From: the human T2T-CHM13v2.0 reference genome, Homo sapiens | Assembly (NCBI RefSeq): GCF_009914755.1 | Contig: NC_060944.1 | Direction: 5' to 3' (one strand) | DNA: 64,000 bases | Shown here: positions 26,562 to 39,411 of the stretch, piece after piece | Layout: each line of letters opens with the position of its first letter | Position numbering within the stretch: the first letter of the stretch is position 1 | The notes under the pieces: model-generated | Database searches by the model: none | The model's input: only the letters and a program-made list of their open reading frames with translations | Told to the model about the DNA's origin: nothing | Position numbers and translations under genes: made by a program

Positions 26562-27469
26562 TTCTCCTTCCTTTTTAAGGCTGCGTAACATTCCATCATA
26601 GGGTAGACCACATTCTGTTTATCCCCTCATTCACGAGTGAATGTTTGGCTCATTGTTTCTCACAGCTGCTGCGCAATTTACATTCCCACAGCAGTTCCCA
26701 AGGTTCCAGTTTCTCTGCATCTTCACCAATATTTGTTATTTTCTGTGTTTTGATAGTGACCATCCTAATGGGTGTGAAGTGGTATGCAATCAGTTTCGTG
26801 AACGAGTTTGTTTAACCTAGTATTGCTGGAACAGTATTATTTCAGTGTGTAAAAATACTCAGAGTATTAATCAGGTATTTTACATGGTTTTAAAATTTTT
26901 ATTTTGGAGGAAGCTTTTGAAATCGGTGTGCATTAGACACTCACACCCCAGCTCTGCTCAGACCAGACCCATTGAAGGCACTTGGCACAGGCCCGCCCCT
27001 TGACGCCCTGTGGACAGCATGGCGCTGGGCGAGTCTCCCCGCAGCTCCAGAAAGGGACAGAGGACATAGCTTACCAAGTGTGATTTTAGGGCCTGCAGCT
27101 CTATTCATTTTAATGAAGGGTATCTTTTTGAGGGGGTGAAATCTTCGGACAGTTTTGTCCTGACTCACTGCCTTTGGGGAGAAGTGGATATCTGTGCTCA
27201 GACACAGAGGCTGCACATCTCGGGGGTTCTTCCAATTGCTGGTTTGAAATGACTTGGAGTGGTGGAGAGGCTGAGCTGGGGAGGTGTTTGGAAACACCAA
27301 TTCAGAACACAGCAAGACTGGCGCAGCCTGGCATTACTGCTCAATAGAATAATATGTGGCCCGCAGAGCTGACTGTGGGTGCTTGGGATAAAACCCAGAT
27401 TCTGTGGCCTATTTCCTTCTTCTTCAGAAAAGGACTCTGTTGGGGGCATGCAGTCCTGGTCTCCAAGAG

Positions 27470-27635
27470 ACTCACTCTTTCTCTCTTGGTCGTGCTCTCT
27501 CTTCCCCCTCCCTCTCACTCTTTTCTCCCACTCTCCCCCTCCTCCCTCTCTGTCTTTCTCCATCTCCCTCTCCCTCCCTCTACCTCTCTTCTCTCTCCCC
27601 TCACCCCTAGCCCCTCTCTCTCCTCCCTCTCCCTG
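27470..27635. repeat. CT-rich polypyrimidine low-complexity tract
   Basis: Almost pure C/T (CTCTCTCTTCCCCCTCCCTCTC...). Confidence 0.85.
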
Positions 27636-28456
27636 TTACCAGCAAACCTGCTGAGGTCACCTATTCCACCTTGAGCCAGCTGTGGGGTGTGGGGCCCGAG
27701 TGCCAGCTGTTTCCTCTAAAAATATCACCCACGTGAGCCAGCACCGTTGGGTCCGGAGTTGGGAGTTGGGAATCGGGCCATCGGAACATCTCCCCTTCTG
27801 GGTTGATTACTGTCAACAACTGTCATCCCTCCCTGGCCCTGTTTCTGGCTGGAATGCATTTCTGTATCGCTATCTAGCAGGGCTGTAAATTGGCAGCGTG
27901 GATTGGGGAGCAAATTTCTAGCCGCTTCCCTCTCAGAACATGCATTTCTCCTGACTTGTATTACTCATTTTACGGCTGGAGACAGGTGCACATGGCGGGA
28001 AGTGGGCACAGGAGCCTTGACCTGACAAGGTCCTCGAGGCCAGGCGAGGTCTCAGGAAGTCTGAGTTTGGAAGGCGCCGCCAGAGACTGCACTTCAGTGT
28101 ACTGTGGTCCTGGGCCAAGGGGCCAGGCCAGGAGCAGCAGGGCCCTTCATGCTCAGAGGCCCACTTGGAAGAGATGGAGCCTCCCATCCCTTGAGTTTTC
28201 TGAGGGGTGCACATGTTCTGTTTTAGGGGGATGCTGCATTCGAGGCACAGAGAAGCCACCTGCTTCCTTAGACAGATCACAAGCAGAAGTCTCACCTGCC
28301 TTTGCTCTTTTGCTGTTAAATGGCAAATGCTGATTAAATGGCAAATGCTGATCAAGAAAGTAAAGGTGTCCATTGGCTTTGTGCTGGCCCTTTGGTCTCA
28401 AGAGACAGAGAAGACAGATGAAAGTGAAAGATGAGTTTGCAAGCTTCAGCCCAAAC

Positions 28457-28773
28457 TTTTTTCTTTTTTTTCTTTTTTTTTTTTTTTCCCTGAGACAGAG
28501 TCTCGCTCTGTCCCCCAGGCTGGACTGCAGTGGCACCATCTCGGCTCACTGCAAGCTCCGCCTCCCGGGTTCACACCATTCTCCTGCCTCAGCCTCCTGA
28601 GTAGCTGGGACTACAGGCTCCCGCCACCACACCTGGCTAATTTTTTGTATTTTTTAGTAGAGACGGGATTTCACCATGTTAGCCAGGATGGTCTCGATCT
28701 CCTGACCTCATGATCTGCCCGCCTCAGCCTCCCAAAGTGCTGGGATTACAGGCTTGAGCCACCGCGCCTGGCC
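28457..28773 (-). mobile_element. AluY SINE
   Basis: GCAAGCTCCGCCTCCCGGGTTCACACCATTCTCC and TGTTAGCCAGGATGGTCTCGATCTCC; TSD AAACTTTTTT. Confidence 0.95.
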
Positions 28774-28897
28774 AAACTTTTTTGACTAAGTGAGGTTATT
28801 GTGTGAGCTGGTTTTCCTCCCCAAACCTCTGATTTCCTATCTATCAGATGGGCTGATAATGGCACTTGCTCTACAGCCCAGTGAAATCGCGTGTGGA

Positions 28898-29365
28898 GGA
28901 GTTAGTGTCCTGGAGGGTGCTGTTACAAAGCGCCGTCAGTTGGGCAACTTAAGACAACAGCAGTTTATTCTTTTAGGGGTCTGGAGGCCGGAAGCCTGAG
29001 ATGGAGGTATGGACAGGGCTGGTTCCTTCAGGGGCTCCGAGGGAGGATTGCTTGAGCCCAGGATGTCCAGGCTGCAGTGAGCTGTGATTATATGGCAGCA
29101 CCCCCGCACCCCCGCATCCCTCTCCCGGCTTCTGGTGGCTGCCAGAGACAGCCCTTGATGTTCCTTGGCTTGTGGCCACATCACTCCAATCTCTGCCTTG
29201 GCCCTCATACCACTTTTTCTGTGTGTCTGTGACTTCTCTTGTCATTGGATTTAGGACCTACCCTCATCCAGGTTAGCCTCAGCAAAGACGTTTTTTCCAG
29301 ATAAGATTGCACACACCGGGTCCAGGTGTACATATCTTTCTGGGGGCCACTGTTCAACCATGACA
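28898..29365 (-). mobile_element. MLT1C-like MaLR solo LTR containing a 60-bp Alu fragment
   Basis: GCTGTTACAAAG...CTTAAGACAACAGCAGTTTATTCT...CTGGAGGCCGGAAGCCTGAGAT...CATCACTCCAATCTCTGCC...GTCATTGGATTTAGGACCTACCC...GGGGGCCACTGTTCAACC. Confidence 0.82.
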
Positions 29366-30789
29366 GTGGGTCAGTGTTTTGTCCATGGAGAAAGGCCTCG
29401 CAGGGTTTGGTGGGACTGCTGGTTATGGGGGTGGGGCTCACTGCAGACGTGTCCTGAGCCCGAGATCACTCGTTCCCCGCAGCAGGTGCAGCTGAGAGCA
29501 GAGGCGGCCGCTTTGCCCAGGGCGGTGCTTTTGGTTCTTGTCTCTGCTCATCAGTTTCTATCGTACCCCGACAAATACATCCCCTCCCATCACGGCTGTT
29601 TCTGGGGACTATAAGGATCTTTCTGCCACTGCTAATCCTTACAGCTTAGGCAAGTTCGTGGTGCCTCAGAGATGAAACCTGAGAGATGTAAAAACTCCCT
29701 TCCTTGGAAGTTCTAAAAGACACATTAGGATGAAAGAGGGATTTCAAACTCTACATCCTGGGGTAGCTTTCCAGTCGGCTGGTGCACAGAGCTAGGAGAG
29801 GGGATCGTTTGGCTTCCAGGCCAGCCACAGCGGAGTTTCCACCAGGAAGGTTCTGGCCCTGTCTGCCTCCCCAGCTCCCTCCCCACCCTCCCCTCTTCTG
29901 CAGTCCTAGTTGCCTCTCTCTTCCCCCAAAGCCAAGGCCACCCCGCTCCAGGCATGGCCCATGCTGTCCCTTCTGCTGAGTATACACCCCATTCCCTGTG
30001 TCTGGCCAATTCCATCTAACCCTCAGGCCTCAGCTTAAGCCTTCCACCCCGGAGAGGCCATCTGGACAGCCCCGTGGCTGGCACATCCCCCTGCTGTGTT
30101 CTCCTAAGTACACATGTGTGCTCCCTCACAGCCATCATCAGAATTGAAATTATACAAACATTGGCATCATTCAGTCGGTGATCATCCTGAGGGCAGCTTC
30201 ATGAAAAGCACCCAGCACACAGTAGGTGTCTGTTGAATGCACTATTTGCAAAGCCTGTGCATTCTCATTGAATTCCAGCCACAGCCCTCTTAGTGGGAGT
30301 TGTACCAAGAGCATAGAGAGGTGAAGGGACCCCCTGATGATGCCAGGCCTGCGAAGGGGCACTAGGCACTCACCTGGAGAGTGACTGCAAATCTGGGCTC
30401 TTACAAGTGGTCTCCAGCCACTGTCCCTCAGGAGTGTGAGCAGCTGCAGGAATCCTCTGCCCCGAGAGCAAGCCTCCCTCTGCAGGCAGCTCCTCCTGCT
30501 GTGCGGGGAAACACAGGGAGAGGGAGCGGGTCAGCACCGGGGCCTGGAAAGGGCTGAAAGAACTGGAGGAGGGACCACTCAGGGGTGCTCCTTGCTCTGG
30601 AAGGCATTGATCTTGCCACTAAAGGCCATGGAATGAAAGGGTGCAGGAAGGAAAGATGCCATCTCCAGCCAGAGGCTTCCAAGTGCAGTGCTCCCCTCCC
30701 CACAGGGTCCCCAGGGGTGGGAAGATCTCACCACAATTTCTATTGACTGTGACTTTGTCGCCACTGAAAACAAAATAAGCAGGCCCAGC

Positions 30790-31555
30790 CATTCTGGGAA
30801 ACCATGTGGCAGTGTCCAGTAAAGCTGAGCGTGTGTATTTCCAGGGATCCAGCAACTCTCTTCCTCACAAGACCTAACAGAAACGCATGCCCAGGTGCAG
30901 CCAAAGCCGTGCTCTGGAAGGTTCATAGCAGCACTCCTCCTAACAGTCCAAAGTTGGGAGTGAGCCAGGTGCCCATGCACAGTGCACTAGTGAATAGGGT
31001 GTGGCATGTCCCACAGGGGAATAAGGTCAGGAGTGACCCAGGTGCCCATGCACAGAGCACTGGTGAACAGAGTGTGGCATGTCCCACGGGGGATGATAGG
31101 ACAGGGGTGGCCCAGGTGTCCACGCACAGTGCACTGGTAAATGGAGTGTGGCATGTCCCACGGGGGACGATAGGACAGGGGTGACCCAGGTATCCACACA
31201 CAGTGCACTGGCAAACAGAGTGTGGCATGTTCCATGGGGGATGATAGGACAGTGACGGCAAGGCCTGCCAGCCATGTGGATGGGTCTCAGACGTGCTGTG
31301 GAATATGAGTGGCAGCTTCCATATGTTACTCATTTCTATGGAGCTAAAGACAGGGAGGGGCAGCTGGTCCTTGCAATGGGAGCCCTTACAGCCCTTTTCC
31401 GTGGGGACCCTGGCTGGGAGGGGACACAAGGTAGGCTCCTGGGGCCGATGTCTTCCCCTTGGCTGGCTGGTGGCTGCATGGCAGCGTGCATTTGTAAGAG
31501 TCCCTCACTCAGAGTAGATTCTTTCCTCCATGTGCACAACACTTCAATTTCAGAA
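30790..31555 (+). mobile_element. L1ME-like LINE 3' fragment hosting a 74-bp tandem repeat
   Basis: TGGCAGTGTCCAGTAAAGCTGAGCGTGTGTATT...CCAGCAACTC...GTTCATAGCAGCACT...; GC-shifted relative to the L1M consensus. Confidence 0.6.
30957..31252. repeat. 73-74-bp minisatellite, 4 copies
   Basis: CCAGGT..CCA..CACAG.GCACT.G..AA...GTGTGGCATGT.CCA.GGGG; CCAGG at 30965, 31038, 31112, 31186. Confidence 0.92.
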
Positions 31556-31604
31556 AAGCACTGAGGGGTCTTTATTCCATTCCATAACAGGAGGAGATGT
31601 CATA

Positions 31605-31925
31605 ATCCTGGACAGAATGGAAGCTACCGAAAGGGACTCACGTGAAGTGCATAGACGTAATTTTGATCAAAAGAAGTTAGGCAGAAAAGGAAGCTTTCTG
31701 GATGCTTTCATTGATAGGAAATGCAAAACAGTCAAACTCATCTCCGCTATCCAAAGCCAGGGTGGAGGTTGCGTTTCAGGATGGAGGGTGTTTCATGGCT
31801 GAACGGAATCAAGGGGCCTTCTGGGGTGCAGCTTGCACAGAGCCCCCTTGTGAAAATCCATGTGCAGCTCTACACTTAAGATGTGCATGTTTTCTCTGGA
31901 GATGTTATACTTCAAAAAAAAAGGA
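31605..31925 (+). mobile_element. L1ME-like 3' terminal fragment
   Basis: AAAAGAAGTTAGGCAGAAAA...AAAACAGTCAAACT...GGGGCCTTCTGGGGTG...TGTGAAAATCCA...TACACTTAAGATGTGCATG...GTTATACTTCAAAAAAA. Confidence 0.6.
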
Positions 31926-32408
31926 GGAACTGTGCTTCCTTGACATTTATGACACAGGTGGATGTGAGTCTTCTCCCCCTGCCGGGGTTCTGGTGCCGGG
32001 ATGTGAGGGGCAGGGCATGTGCAGAAAGCAGTGGCCCCCATCATTTGTCCAGCGCTGGCTGATGGAGGCCCACTGGGTGTGCACTAGGGTAAGTGGATTT
32101 ATGAATAGTATCGAGTTCTAACTCAACCCATGCTCATGGACTAAACCAAGCAGCTTTAACACAGCCCTGCAAGGAAACCGCAGCCTGGAGACCTTCCTCA
32201 CCACGCAAGCCTTGAGCAGTGTGGGGCTGACACACATTCCTCACAGGCCGCGGCTATCACCAGCCACAGTCAGAGGCTCAAAACCAAACAAAAACTTATG
32301 ATCCGATCACATCTGGAAGATGTCAGCCCCAAACGTGTGAAGTTACCAAGATGACTTTTTGAACGTATATCTATGCATTCCACTGCATTGTCATTAAAGA
32401 CAAATCTC

Positions 32409-32747
<339 letters not shown>

Positions 32748-34159
32748 TTATTTACCAGTGGAGGGTTCAGAGCAGCAGTAAATACATTTATAAACATATG
32801 AATATTTTTATACTAAGGGTGCATGCCAGAAATTCTCTTCTCTCCGTGGTGTACATGAGCACAGAGTTCAGAGAGCAACCATGCAGGAGAACTTACGGAT
32901 CTGGCTCCGAATTCTAAATTAGGACAAGATGCAATTGCTGAGCACCTCAGCTGCAGAAGGGGCCTCATCTGGCCTCAGGAGGCTTCTGAGAGTTCCTGTT
33001 CTTGGCCACCTTGCACCTGCTTGCTCAGAGCTTCCTGGGCATGTGGGTGTGTCATGTGTCTTGGGAGAATCACCTGATTCCCCTTCCTGGGCTCAGCAGC
33101 CTCAGTGCTTCTCCTGCTGCTGGGAAGCCCCGCCCTCTTGTCAGGTGTCAGGTGTCAATCAGGATTCCATCTGGGAAAAAACCCATGCGATAAGGGATTT
33201 TTTATTGGGCTTAAAACCTTACACGGTGTGGGAGAAGCTGAGGAGGTAAGATTTGGAGAGGTCAGAAGGTCAGAGAAAAGTCGCAAACAGGATGGCTGAG
33301 TGGACGTGGTAGAGAAATGCCTGGATGCTGTGGCCCTGCTGCACGTGGTGCACCTCGGGGCAGGGCAGAGAGCTGGGGAGGGATGCTGGAAGCACAATGG
33401 GGGAAGCAAGGACCCCCAGACCCACGAGGATGGGACAGACCCAGCATCTGCCTTGCACACATCAGTGATGACCTGCAAGTGAAGCTGGCAGGAGGTGGAG
33501 GAGCTGTGGGCGGTACTGGTGAGCCCGCAGGGCAGGCAGGTGTCCTGAGCTGTTCCAGTGCCCCGGGTGTGCACTCACCTCACAGATGCAGGGGCCACTG
33601 CCTCATGTTTCTTTCTAAATATCATGTCCCCCTCATTGCCAACCCTGACCCAGACCTGTATGGGCAAGACATGTCTTTCATCCTAGCTGAATTGACACAT
33701 TGCAAAACTATCCCAGAGTCCAAAACAGAGACTCAATATGGTAGAGACCCCTATCTCCATTTCTTTAGTTCTGGTGTGGTTGAATATTGCAAACGCACTC
33801 GGATGAACTTAGCATTGACTTTTGGATGGCGTTTTGAGAAATTGCATTTATAGCAGCAATGGCTTGGGATTTTTTTTGTTCATGACTGTATTGCGTCCCT
33901 TCTTTTACTTGGCAGGTACGTTCGTCATTTTTTTTTCATTTTGAGATCTACACACTTAAATCCTTTGATTTCTGCATCATTAATAACACTTCCTCAGGTC
34001 CTAATGAAAGGCGTCTTGCCTCTCTCAGCATCCGAGCAAGCAGTTCTAAGTGGATGGTCCCGTCGCAATCAGGCCAAGCTTCTTCAGTGGCTTCTAAAGC
34101 CTTTCCTCGCCTGGCCTCTGGCGGCATCCTCAGCCTCATACCTTGTCACTCCCTGTGCG

Positions 34160-34783
34160 CACACATGCAGGCTGTGCACATGCTCCTGTACACAGGCACA
34201 TGCCCACACCTACAAATGAACACGTGTGCATGGGCATGTGCACACAGCACACATATATTCACACACACAGTATCCACACACTCTCATATCCACACACTCA
34301 TATATACATACACATCCACACACAGCACACACGTATACACACGTATACACACATATACACACATAGCACACATGTATCCACACACAGCACACATGTATAC
34401 ACACATATCCACACGTATGTATCCACACATAGCACACATGTATCCACACGCATCCACACACAGCACACATGTATATACACATATCCACATGTATCCACAC
34501 ACATATATCCACACACATCCACATACAACACACATGTATCCAAACACACTCATATCCACACACATCCACATACAACACACATGTATCCAAACACACTCAT
34601 ATCCACACACATATCCACAAACATGTATCCACACACATATCCACACACAGCACACATGTATCCACACACAGCACACCCTTATACACATGTATCCCCATAC
34701 AGCACACATGTATATATGCATATCCACACATAGCACACACATACATGTGTCCACACACAGCACACACATATTCACAGACGCAC
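34160..34783. repeat. Degenerate (CA/TA)-rich microsatellite within L2-like flanks
   Basis: Recurrent ACACACAGCACACATGTATCCAC motifs. Confidence 0.92.
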
Positions 34784-35033
34784 AGGCCCTGTAGACCCTC
34801 CACTGCAGCCACTGATGTGGTCCTCCCATGGCCCTTGTCTCCTCCTGGGTCTCTATAGAGGCCACTCCTAGGCCAGGGATGTCCCCTGTCACCCACTCTT
34901 CCCCTGTTTTCACTCTGGCCAGCTCCAGCTCATCACCCTCCAGATTTCAGCTTCAGTCCCTCTCTTTTGACCGTGTCTCCCTGACTCCCATTGTTTAGGG
35001 AGAGTGTCATCCTGACACAGGCCTCAGTCATCC

Positions 35034-35128
35034 CTGTGCTGTGGGCATTTGCCCCGCCTGTTTCCCATCCAGTGTCCCCCTCTGTGCTGTGGGCATTTGC
35101 CCCGCCTGTTTCCCTTCCAGTGCCCCCC
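35034..35128. repeat. 48-bp tandem duplication
   Basis: CTGTGCTGTGGGCATTTGCCCCGCCTGTTTCCC(A/T)TCCAGTG at 35034 and 35082. Confidence 0.9.
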
Positions 35129-35959
35129 ACAGAGCAAGGCTTGGAATCCACTTCTGGCTGTGACAGCACAGTGCCCCACATGCTCTTGAAGATGGGAAAG
35201 GCATAAGCCTGTGCCGCGTGGTCCATCCGGAGCCAAATTTAAAAAACTGGACCCACCACGTGCAGCTTCGTGGGCCTCACGCAGAGGAGGAGCCTACAGC
35301 CTCCTAGCCGGTGCTGGCTCGTCCAGGAAAGGTTGCTGAGCCCCAGCTCTGTGCCAGGCATAGGTGGACCAGGAGCAGCAGGTCACTGCTCTGGTGAAGG
35401 ATCCCCAAGACCGCCTGTGTGGCTCCGCGAGCGCCTTGAATCACAGCTCAGGACCGTGGGCCCCATGGTGCAGAGCTGCCTGCAGAGCTAGGTCCAGCCC
35501 GGCCCAGAGGCATGGCCAACCCTCACCCTGAGCAGGGCGGGCACCACAGAAGGCTCCGGGAACAGGAGCAGGGAGGGAGGCGGCCAGGACCGGAGAGCAG
35601 TGGCACCCTGAACCTGGAGCCACCCTCGACACTAGGACGTTCAGTGTGGAAGCGAGCCGGCCAAGGGAGAGCCAGGACAGAGGCAGCGGTGGGGGGGCGG
35701 GCCTTCAGGGTGGGACAGCTGGGACTGGCTCCTGTCTGAAAGGGGGGCTGGGGAGGTGAAGGAAACCCCATGTCTCCAGCCTGGACCCCTGAGCAGGACG
35801 TGGGCTCTGAGGTCGAGCCTAGGAGAAGGACAGTGGGCAGGGCAGACGCTGCTGTGATTATCCGTGAGATAAGGCACAGAGCACATCCCGCAGGAGGGGC
35901 AGAGCCCAGGGAAAACAGGGCGGCAGCGCACAGAAACCCGGGTGACGGCGCAGCCTGGA

Positions 35960-36228
35960 CAGGACATTCTCGAGGGCCCTGCCCAGGGCAGGATGGCCAA
36001 TTGCAGGACATTCTCAAAGGCCCCGCCCAGGGCAGAATGGCCAATTGCAGGACGTTCTCGAGGGCCCCGCCCAGGGCAGGATGGCCAATTGCAGGACATT
36101 CTCAAAGGCCCCGCCCAGGGCAGGATGGCCAATTGCAGGACATTCTCAAAGGCCCCGCCCAGGGCAGAATGGCCAATTGCAGGACGTTCTCGAGGGCCCC
36201 GCCCAGGGCAGGATGGCCAATTGCAGGA
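35960..36228. repeat. 44-bp minisatellite, 6 copies
   Basis: CAGGAC(A/G)TTCTC(GAG/AAA)GGCCC(C/T)GCCCAGGGCAG(G/A)ATGGCCAATTG at 35960, 36004, 36048, 36092, 36136, 36180. Confidence 0.96.
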
Positions 36229-38489
36229 GGTGCTGATGTCCTCAGATCATCTGAAAACTGAGGCATGTGATCTTGTGTTTCTTAAGTCAGGGCAGTTCAC
36301 ATGCAACAAATAGTTACCAAGGCTGACCTCTCTGGTGAGACCACGGGGAGATTTGACTCCTTACTAACTCATTGCAGTTAAAAAATATATTAAGAGGTAT
36401 TAATTTTATGAAAAAAGCAATAAAAGAAATAGAAGAGGCCAGAAGAGTATGTGATGTATTCAATGGGGGTTTCTAGTTGTTTTGTTTCTTTTTCATCTGA
36501 GAGTTAAAGGAATCATCTCATTTTTTGACACAGCCAGGTGCTTTAATCTAGCTGATAAAAATTTTGCTTGGAAAAACACTCTGGCTTAATATATTAAGGA
36601 TGGGAAATATAGGAAGATGCAGGTACCTATAATGAATAATGCTCACACCTGAAAAATGCCGTGTCTAACTCATAGGCACTGCATTCGGGTGGCTCCAGTA
36701 CAGCAAGGACATCATGTGGGTGGAGGGTGTGTGGCAAGGGATAGGGGTGTCCTGTGTGGAGGGCTGTAGGTAGACTCTGGGTGACTTGCTCAGTTCTGAG
36801 CTTCAGCAACTGCAGAAGACGGTCTGCCTGTTTGCTAATCCCTTCCCCGTCACCTGCCTTTCCGCTGTATGTGTGAGTGACTCATAGCTCCCAATTATGA
36901 TTGTCACGGAAATTCTCCATCAGAATATGGTTGTGCAGTGCAGGCTTGGCCATTCCCAATTTTTTGAGATTGCAGCATTGCCTTCTTATCAAAGTGACCT
37001 GAGCTGTTGACACCAGCGAAGGTGGAGGGAGGGCTTTGGCCCCGCAAATTCCTGCAGGGAATCGAGGCAGAAGCATGGATGCTTTCTTCATAGACCTTGT
37101 CTTGGGAGTAGGGTATATGCAGAAGTGTGTTCAGATGTCGAGGATTTCAAAATGAAGATGTTCTTCTAGATAAAAATCTTGGCTTATGGCCTATTGTGTT
37201 AAACCAGCTGTATAGTCCTGGGCTAATTGTTAGTAATTTTTTGTGATTGGGTACTGTGTTCCAGGCAAGTGATGTTTCTCTTTAGTAATGTTCATGTCAC
37301 TCATTTATGACTGAAGTGAGAGTTGTATGTACAACAGCAGCTCCAAGACTAACTAGGGAGGAGAAAAATCAGGAAAGTAAATACATCACAGGCTGACATC
37401 TTTGGAACAAATAATTAAGACAACCTTGAACCCAGTTGCACAGCTTCCTGCCGCATTTGCAGAGACCGTTGAGCCCTTCCTCACGGTTCCACATTCCCAG
37501 CGTTGCAGAGAGGACCTGTGCCCTGTGTGTGCAGGGAGCTGACCCTGCTCTGACCTTTACTGTCTCTTTTGCACAGCCTGCCTGATTGGGAACCCCTGGC
37601 CCATTTCTCCGTGGGCCAAGGTGGAAGATGATGTGTCTCTTCTCCCAGCACAGGCACTGCCAAAGGCCAGAGGCATTAGCAATTTTTCTGCAGGGGTTTT
37701 TAGAGGCTGTGGCATGAAATCAGAACGTCGTCTTCCCTGATTCTGGATCTGTGTGCCATCCTGCATTCATCAAAACTGTTTCCCAACTGAGAGGCTTTTT
37801 TTTTTCTTTTTTTGGACCACCTGGCAGCTCCAGCCTATCTAGCATCATCTTTCATCCCTGCACTGTCTACCTCCTGACATATTATTTTGCACATTTCCAA
37901 GCTGCTCCTTCCAGTTTCCTGAGCAGGATTCTCTACTTGGAACTTCTGGGGTGTGCAGCCTATACTCTGTCTTCTGCCTGGAATGCCAGCTCCAGACCCC
38001 CAATTTCGTGACAGGCAAATGTCTACCCACGCATTATTTGTCTCTGTGCAAGCAGTTGTCTCCCCACCCTTCCCTCACTGCAGGCAGGCAGTGCATACCT
38101 AGCTCCAAGGACCTCCAGTTACCATATGGTAGAGTGGCTGGTATCCAACCAAGTCACCGAGAATCAAATGCTGTATTAGATAGGACAGAGGCGGGGAGAG
38201 AAGGAGGAAGGCAGGAGAAAGAGAGGGAAAGACTTTGATAGCATCAGAAAACAACCAAACCAGCTGGAGAAGTCAAAATCCCAGAGAAAAGAGAACTACT
38301 GAGGAGTGAATGAAGATGGTGCATGGTATTCCCCCAGACCTTGCTCACTCCTAGGTCGCACCCTTTCCGAGTCATAGACAGAGACCCCCAGCAGGAAGCA
38401 GCTGCTGAAAAGTGGGGCCAGGTAGGAATTCCTTCTGCTTCTGGGATTCTTAACTTGGGACGGTGAGTTCATTCAAAGCCTATCTAAAG

Positions 38490-39105
38490 GCAAAAATCAG
38501 ACACTACCAAGTGTCGACAGAAACATGCAGCACCTGGAATCCTGACATACAGCAGGTGGTGTGGGAACTAGTCTGTCTTTTGGGAGAATCATTGCTTCTA
38601 AAGCTGAATATATGCATATCCTATGCCCCAGAAATTCTACTCATGGATGTCTCCCTAACAGGGATACAGAGATTCTACTCGTGGATGTCTCCCTAACAGA
38701 TGTGTGTGCACCAGAAGACAAACACAAGAATGTTTACGGCAACATCATTTGTTATGTCCCCAAGCCAGAAAGCATCTGGCTTAATGGGTGGTAGATTCAT
38801 CAATTGGACAAGGAGTAGAATAGGAGAAAGACACTGTGGGCAATTCATACTCCTAGCATGGAATACTATGCAGTGTTCAATAAGAACAAACCACTGCCCT
38901 TTACCACGCGGACCACAGGTGTGCTGATGATAGGAGGCAGAGTGGAAGGTGCCGGGATGGGCGTCCAGGACTTCTGTGGTCCATGTGATGTTCTCTTCTC
39001 GATCTGGATGCTGGTAACATGGTGTGTTTGTCACTTTGAAAATCCATCTGGCCATGCATCATGATTTTATCATATGTATATGTATACTTTAATATAGATT
39101 TTAAC
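38490..39105 (+). mobile_element. L1ME-like LINE 3' region
   Basis: CTAAAGCTGAATATATGCATATCCTATGCCCCAGAAATTCTACTC...CACAAGAATGTTTACGGCA...ATGGAATACTATGCAG; includes a ~38-bp internal duplication at about 38630-38699. Confidence 0.7.
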
Positions 39106-39411
39106 TAAGTCGATGGGGAGAGAGAGATAGTGAGAGAGAGTGAGCGAGAGCAGGCGAGCTTTCCAGCTATGTTCCAGGGAAAATTGTGCACAGACTGAGA
39201 GCCATTTCTCCCATGTTCACAGTGCATATGTCTCCCTCTGCCCCTTCTATAGAGGTTAGTAATTGTATTGTATTAGTTTGCCTTAGTTATCTAACTATAT
39301 TGTATTAGTCCAGAACCTACTTTCTAGACTATAGAAAGATGTTAACGAAGATGACGGTAACTTATGTTACCGTCATAAGTTACGATAGCTTACCTATGAC
39401 GGTAAGCTTAT

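Noticed and set aside
28316-28352. 18-bp perfect tandem duplication (TTAAATGGCAAATGCTGA x2); similar small duplication at 5209-5272
   Set aside because: Ordinary slippage duplications with no further structure.
34054-34913. His/Thr-rich and Cys/Val-rich ORFs
   Set aside because: Translations of the CA-rich microsatellite.
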